A DNA stretch of 64,000 nt from Candidatus Latescibacterota bacterium (GTDB lineage Bacteria; Latescibacterota; UBA2968; UBA8231): positions 2,336,001-2,400,000 of the forward strand of contig OZ241362.1 of the NCBI GenBank assembly GCA_965200315.1, read 5' to 3'. Position 1 is the stretch's first letter. Every line of letters begins with the position of its first letter. Positions 61,008 to 64,000 of the stretch are shown here, piece by piece. The position numbers and the translations under genes were made by a program. The notes beneath the pieces are model-generated. The model saw only the letters and a program-made list of their open reading frames with translations. It did not search any database and was not told the origin of the DNA.

Positions 61008-61838
61008 TCAGTTCCCCTGCTCGGATGAAGTTCGCCGAGCGACGAAGTACGCAATATTGCCGATAATTACAAAGAGGGCGATGACCAAATGAGTCATCGA
61101 CTGGGCGCTCATACCCATGCTGGCACTGCCGCGATGGTCAATCAGGGTCTCGTATTCGGCGGCACCGGCTAGGCCGCCGAGCAGGCCACCGAGCTGTCCC
61201 GAGTCGAGGAAAGGATAGAGATCGGGAGCCATCACCGCGGTGCAACCAGCGACAAAGGTAAAGCCGTACTTCTCCTGCCCATAGGGGATCCACCAAAACT
61301 CAATCGAATCCCCGGCAGCCAAGTCTAAGACGAGGTCAAAATCGCGCAGTGAGCGCAAACCGCGCGTCAAATCCAAATCGCCGGTATCCACGCCCCATTG
61401 GTCCTGCGGGAAGGCACTGCGGAAGTCTTGCCCCATATTGAGGATGACACTGAAAGTGCCCGGCTTGTAGCCCATAAAGGCGTAATCCACCCCGTACTCC
61501 AAATCGAATTCAGCCGCCATTTCCTCCAGCACCTGTTGGGCCAGCCCCGGTGCCTCGGGCCATAGACAAATGGCCACCACCTTGAGATCGCGGCGGAAAG
61601 CGTGGCGCAACATGGCACGCGACATCGGCAGCATTTCAGGTTGCGTGCTGGCACCATAGGAGAAGGAGACCAGCACAATGTCCCCCGCGTCGAGTTTCTC
61701 CAACTGGTTGTACGCAGCTTTTACTTCGTTCGTCGGCGTGATCGGCAGGGAAATTCCGGCCATCAACGGCCACGCCACGCTAATAAATACTAGGGCGAAA
61801 ATGATGCGGCGGTCGATAGCGAGTAGTTTGTGCATCAC
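61008..61838 (-). CDS. Uncharacterised membrane-anchored alpha/beta protein
   Basis: IDRRII, TM, soluble domain, TAVMAP..YP, GLLGGLAGAAEYE, C-terminal TM. Confidence 0.8.
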   Translation of the reverse strand: MMHKLLAIDRRIIFALVFISVAWPLMAGISLPITPTNEVKAAYNQLEKLDAGDIVLVSFSYGASTQPEMLPMSRAMLRHAFRRDLKVVAICLWPEAPGLAQQVLEEMAAEFDLEYGVDYAFMGYKPGTFSVILNMGQDFRSAFPQDQWGVDTGDLDLTRGLRSLRDFDLVLDLAAGDSIEFWWIPYGQEKYGFTFVAGCTAVMAPDLYPFLDSGQLGGLLGGLAGAAEYETLIDHRGSASMGMSAQSMTHLVIALFVIIGNIAYFVARRTSSEQGN

Positions 61839-62491
61839 TCAGATCCTCCACCCAAATACGAGCGCTCAATCCCAAAAATGATCCGCAACGAGGTAGCAAT
61901 AGCACCCAACGACACGCCGAGCAAGATGCCGCGCTTAGCCGCCAAGTTGGGCACATTCAACAGCCAGTCGGTCGCCAGTGGAAAAAAATCGGAAAGCTCT
62001 CTACCAATGGGCACGCGGCCCAGCATGACGATGACCGCCGCGATCAACAGCACCGCCGCTTCGGGCGTGCGAGCGCGGAAGGTTCGGTACGCCGCCGAGG
62101 CGATGAAAAAGGCTAAAATCGAAAACATGGTAGAGGCGCAAGGCACGTGAATATTGTCGAAGAGCCACTTATAACCCCCGGCCTCAGCCTGAGCGGCGAA
62201 GGGGCCTAAACCGTCGTTGTACACGACGAAGATCATCATCACCGCAAAGCTCAAAATAGCGATCAAGCTATAGGCCCAGCCGGCGACGCGCTGGCGGATC
62301 CGCTGCCAGTGCAGGTTGAGCAGGCTGTATAGTCCGAGCAAATAGGAAAACGCGAAGACTATGCGCACCCATAGCGCCATCTCTCGCTCCAAATTCTGCG
62401 CGTGGCCGTGGGGTATGTAGTAGATGACAATGCCGAGCATACCGAAGGCAAAGGCAATGACCAGCGGTAGCGTTCGACTAAAAAAAATCAT
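61835..62491 (-). CDS. Uncharacterised polytopic membrane protein
   Basis: About 6 TMs; TMFSILAFFIASAAYRTFRAR and C-terminal LRIIFGIERSY. Confidence 0.8.
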   Translation of the reverse strand: MIFFSRTLPLVIAFAFGMLGIVIYYIPHGHAQNLEREMALWVRIVFAFSYLLGLYSLLNLHWQRIRQRVAGWAYSLIAILSFAVMMIFVVYNDGLGPFAAQAEAGGYKWLFDNIHVPCASTMFSILAFFIASAAYRTFRARTPEAAVLLIAAVIVMLGRVPIGRELSDFFPLATDWLLNVPNLAAKRGILLGVSLGAIATSLRIIFGIERSYLGGGSE

Positions 62492-62500
62492 CGCGCCCTC

Positions 62501-63745
62501 CTAGGGGCTAAAAAAGTGCGTCAACTGCGACCATCCCAAGAAGGTCTCCAGCAGCGTGCCCAGCACCAAAGCGGCCAGCAGAATGGCTTTGCCCCCGTCT
62601 TGGCCTTTAAGGCTACCGAGCATTCGCGGTTCGCCCGACAGATAGGCGCTGGCTGCATAGAGCTCTTCGCCGAGCAGGGTGTAGTCGCATGTAGTGACGA
62701 AAAAGGGAAGTTGGGTAAAGGCGTCCGTGCCGGCGATCTGGATTGCCCCGGTCGTGGAGCCGGTTTCGGCCAACAGCAGCGACTCGGCGTAGAAATATCC
62801 CATCATAATATGAGCCGCCGGGCGGTCGCGGACCATGATGCCCTCGACTGCTGCCGCATAGCTGAACTGCTCGGTGCTGGCGACGAAAACGTGGTCGGGG
62901 TTAAACGCGTCGGGCCGCCCCGCCTCCACATAAGAGGCTTTCACCGTCTCCTGACTCACCGACATAACTACCGGGTCAGGAGCCACCACCCGCAGCGCGG
63001 TGTCGTATTCGGCCGTACGCCGCGCAAGCCGCCCCAAGATATTGACCGCGGCAATGGTTGGTATCTGGCTCATGTCGCGCAAGCCGTGGATGAAAAGCAC
63101 CGGCTTGCCCATCTCGGTCGCCCGCCCCAACGCCTCGTCCAGTGCCTCTAGCCCGGCGATGCGACGGATCTTGAGCTCGCGCCGCCGCGCAATGCCAATG
63201 TAGCCCATGATAAGCCCTGAAAAAACGAGGCACAACACCAAGTTATTGACCTTGGCGCGGTTAAAAAAATTGCCTTTGGACTCGGCGTTGACGATCACTT
63301 TGCCGCGGATCGCGCCCCCGGCCGACCGCACATCGATGTGAAAGTAATAAGTCTTACCATCTTCTAGCGGCGTCTTGCCACCCGCGCCGGCGAATTCCTC
63401 GACATTGACATAGTGATGATTCTCCAGATCGGCCCCACGACCAAAGAGCCCCGGTGCCTCGGACATCAAATTCCCCGTTGCCACAACCTCGGCCACGACG
63501 CGAAAAGGCCCGCTGGGCGAATCGGCGATGGCGACCTGATACATCGCATTTTCGCTGATCCGACGATCTCGCGGCCAAGTCAGCGTAATGCTGCCCCCGT
63601 CGTCGTTGGGCGTGTCGAAGGCTTGGACCTCGATCGGCGGTTCAGGATGTGCCAGCAACGTGCTGAGTCCTCGTTCCGCATTCTCCGCCGCGCTCGCCAA
63701 CGGCCAAGCCAAGACCAACACAGACAGCCAGTTTTTTGCTCTCAT
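62501..63745 (-). CDS. FnIII-like periplasmic domain fused to a DUF6754-like membrane domain
   Basis: DTPNDDGGSITLTW FnIII-like start; IRRIAGLEALDEALGRATEMGKP and LLGEELYAASAYL. Confidence 0.75.
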   Translation of the reverse strand: MRAKNWLSVLVLAWPLASAAENAERGLSTLLAHPEPPIEVQAFDTPNDDGGSITLTWPRDRRISENAMYQVAIADSPSGPFRVVAEVVATGNLMSEAPGLFGRGADLENHHYVNVEEFAGAGGKTPLEDGKTYYFHIDVRSAGGAIRGKVIVNAESKGNFFNRAKVNNLVLCLVFSGLIMGYIGIARRRELKIRRIAGLEALDEALGRATEMGKPVLFIHGLRDMSQIPTIAAVNILGRLARRTAEYDTALRVVAPDPVVMSVSQETVKASYVEAGRPDAFNPDHVFVASTEQFSYAAAVEGIMVRDRPAAHIMMGYFYAESLLLAETGSTTGAIQIAGTDAFTQLPFFVTTCDYTLLGEELYAASAYLSGEPRMLGSLKGQDGGKAILLAALVLGTLLETFLGWSQLTHFFSP

Positions 63746-63748
63746 GCC

Positions 63749-64000
63749 TTATTCCTCAATCAACTCCACATTCGCCCGTGGCACTATCGCCTGCTCCCCG
63801 TCTTCAAACTCCACGGCCAATACCCGCACCCGCGCCCCGGATTCGACCTCGCACAACTCGGTCGGCAAGTCGCTAACGCGCCCAATTTGCCCAAAATAGG
63901 GCATTCGAATCACGCGCAACAAATCGCCCACCTGCAACCCTTCCTCACCCGTCCGCACCTCTTCTTCCTCTTTGTCAGCGGCTGTAGGGACGATAATTTC
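63749..64000 (-). CDS. Hypothetical protein, C-terminal KOW/SH3-like domain (5' part outside the window)
   Basis: Open frame to the window edge: EIIVP...GDLLRVIRMPYFGQIGRV...VPRANVELIEE. Confidence 0.75.
   Translation of the reverse strand, partial: EIIVPTAADKEEEEVRTGEEGLQVGDLLRVIRMPYFGQIGRVSDLPTELCEVESGARVRVLAVEFEDGEQAIVPRANVELIEE

Overview
GC-rich bacterial chromosomal segment, mostly minus-strand. Gene content (T9SS-CTD-like protein, PorV-family barrel, C-terminal TWGxIK motif, large SRP RNA, bacterial GGGP synthase) suggests an FCB-superphylum organism such as Ca. Latescibacterota or a relative; this is inference. (1) 1-18.6 kb is a copper-resistance region (CopA, CusCBA-type RND with a Cys/Pro-rich leader ORF). 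It is interrupted by AT-rich accessory genes: an NB-ARC/TPR/HEPN NLR-like protein, and a three-gene membrane cassette (glycine-zipper protein, coiled-coil protein, SLATT-like 2TM protein) preceded by an exact 38-bp direct repeat. It also holds a secreted CxxCH temptin-like protein, a Rieske-fusion protein and REP-like palindromes. (2) 18.7-29.9 kb has hemH, hydrolases, degQ-like protease, clpB with sigma54-type promoters, a structured intergenic region and a DUF433/DUF5615 toxin-antitoxin pair. (3) 30-49.4 kb is a housekeeping string: tadA, 3 tRNAs, large SRP RNA, dnaX, recR, pgsA, pgpA, recA, recX, alaS, GGGPS, ptsH, ptsI, metK, plus a carbamoyltransferase and lysA. (4) 49.4-64 kb is a tightly packed envelope operon of at least 11 genes: four uncharacterised inner-membrane proteins, a TonB-dependent receptor, a large CTD-bearing protein, a PorV-like barrel, a TPR lipoprotein and two peptide ABC permeases. 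The best candidates for undescribed systems are this operon, the NLR-HEPN gene and the repeat-preceded membrane cassette. All family calls come from motif recognition; no database searches were run.
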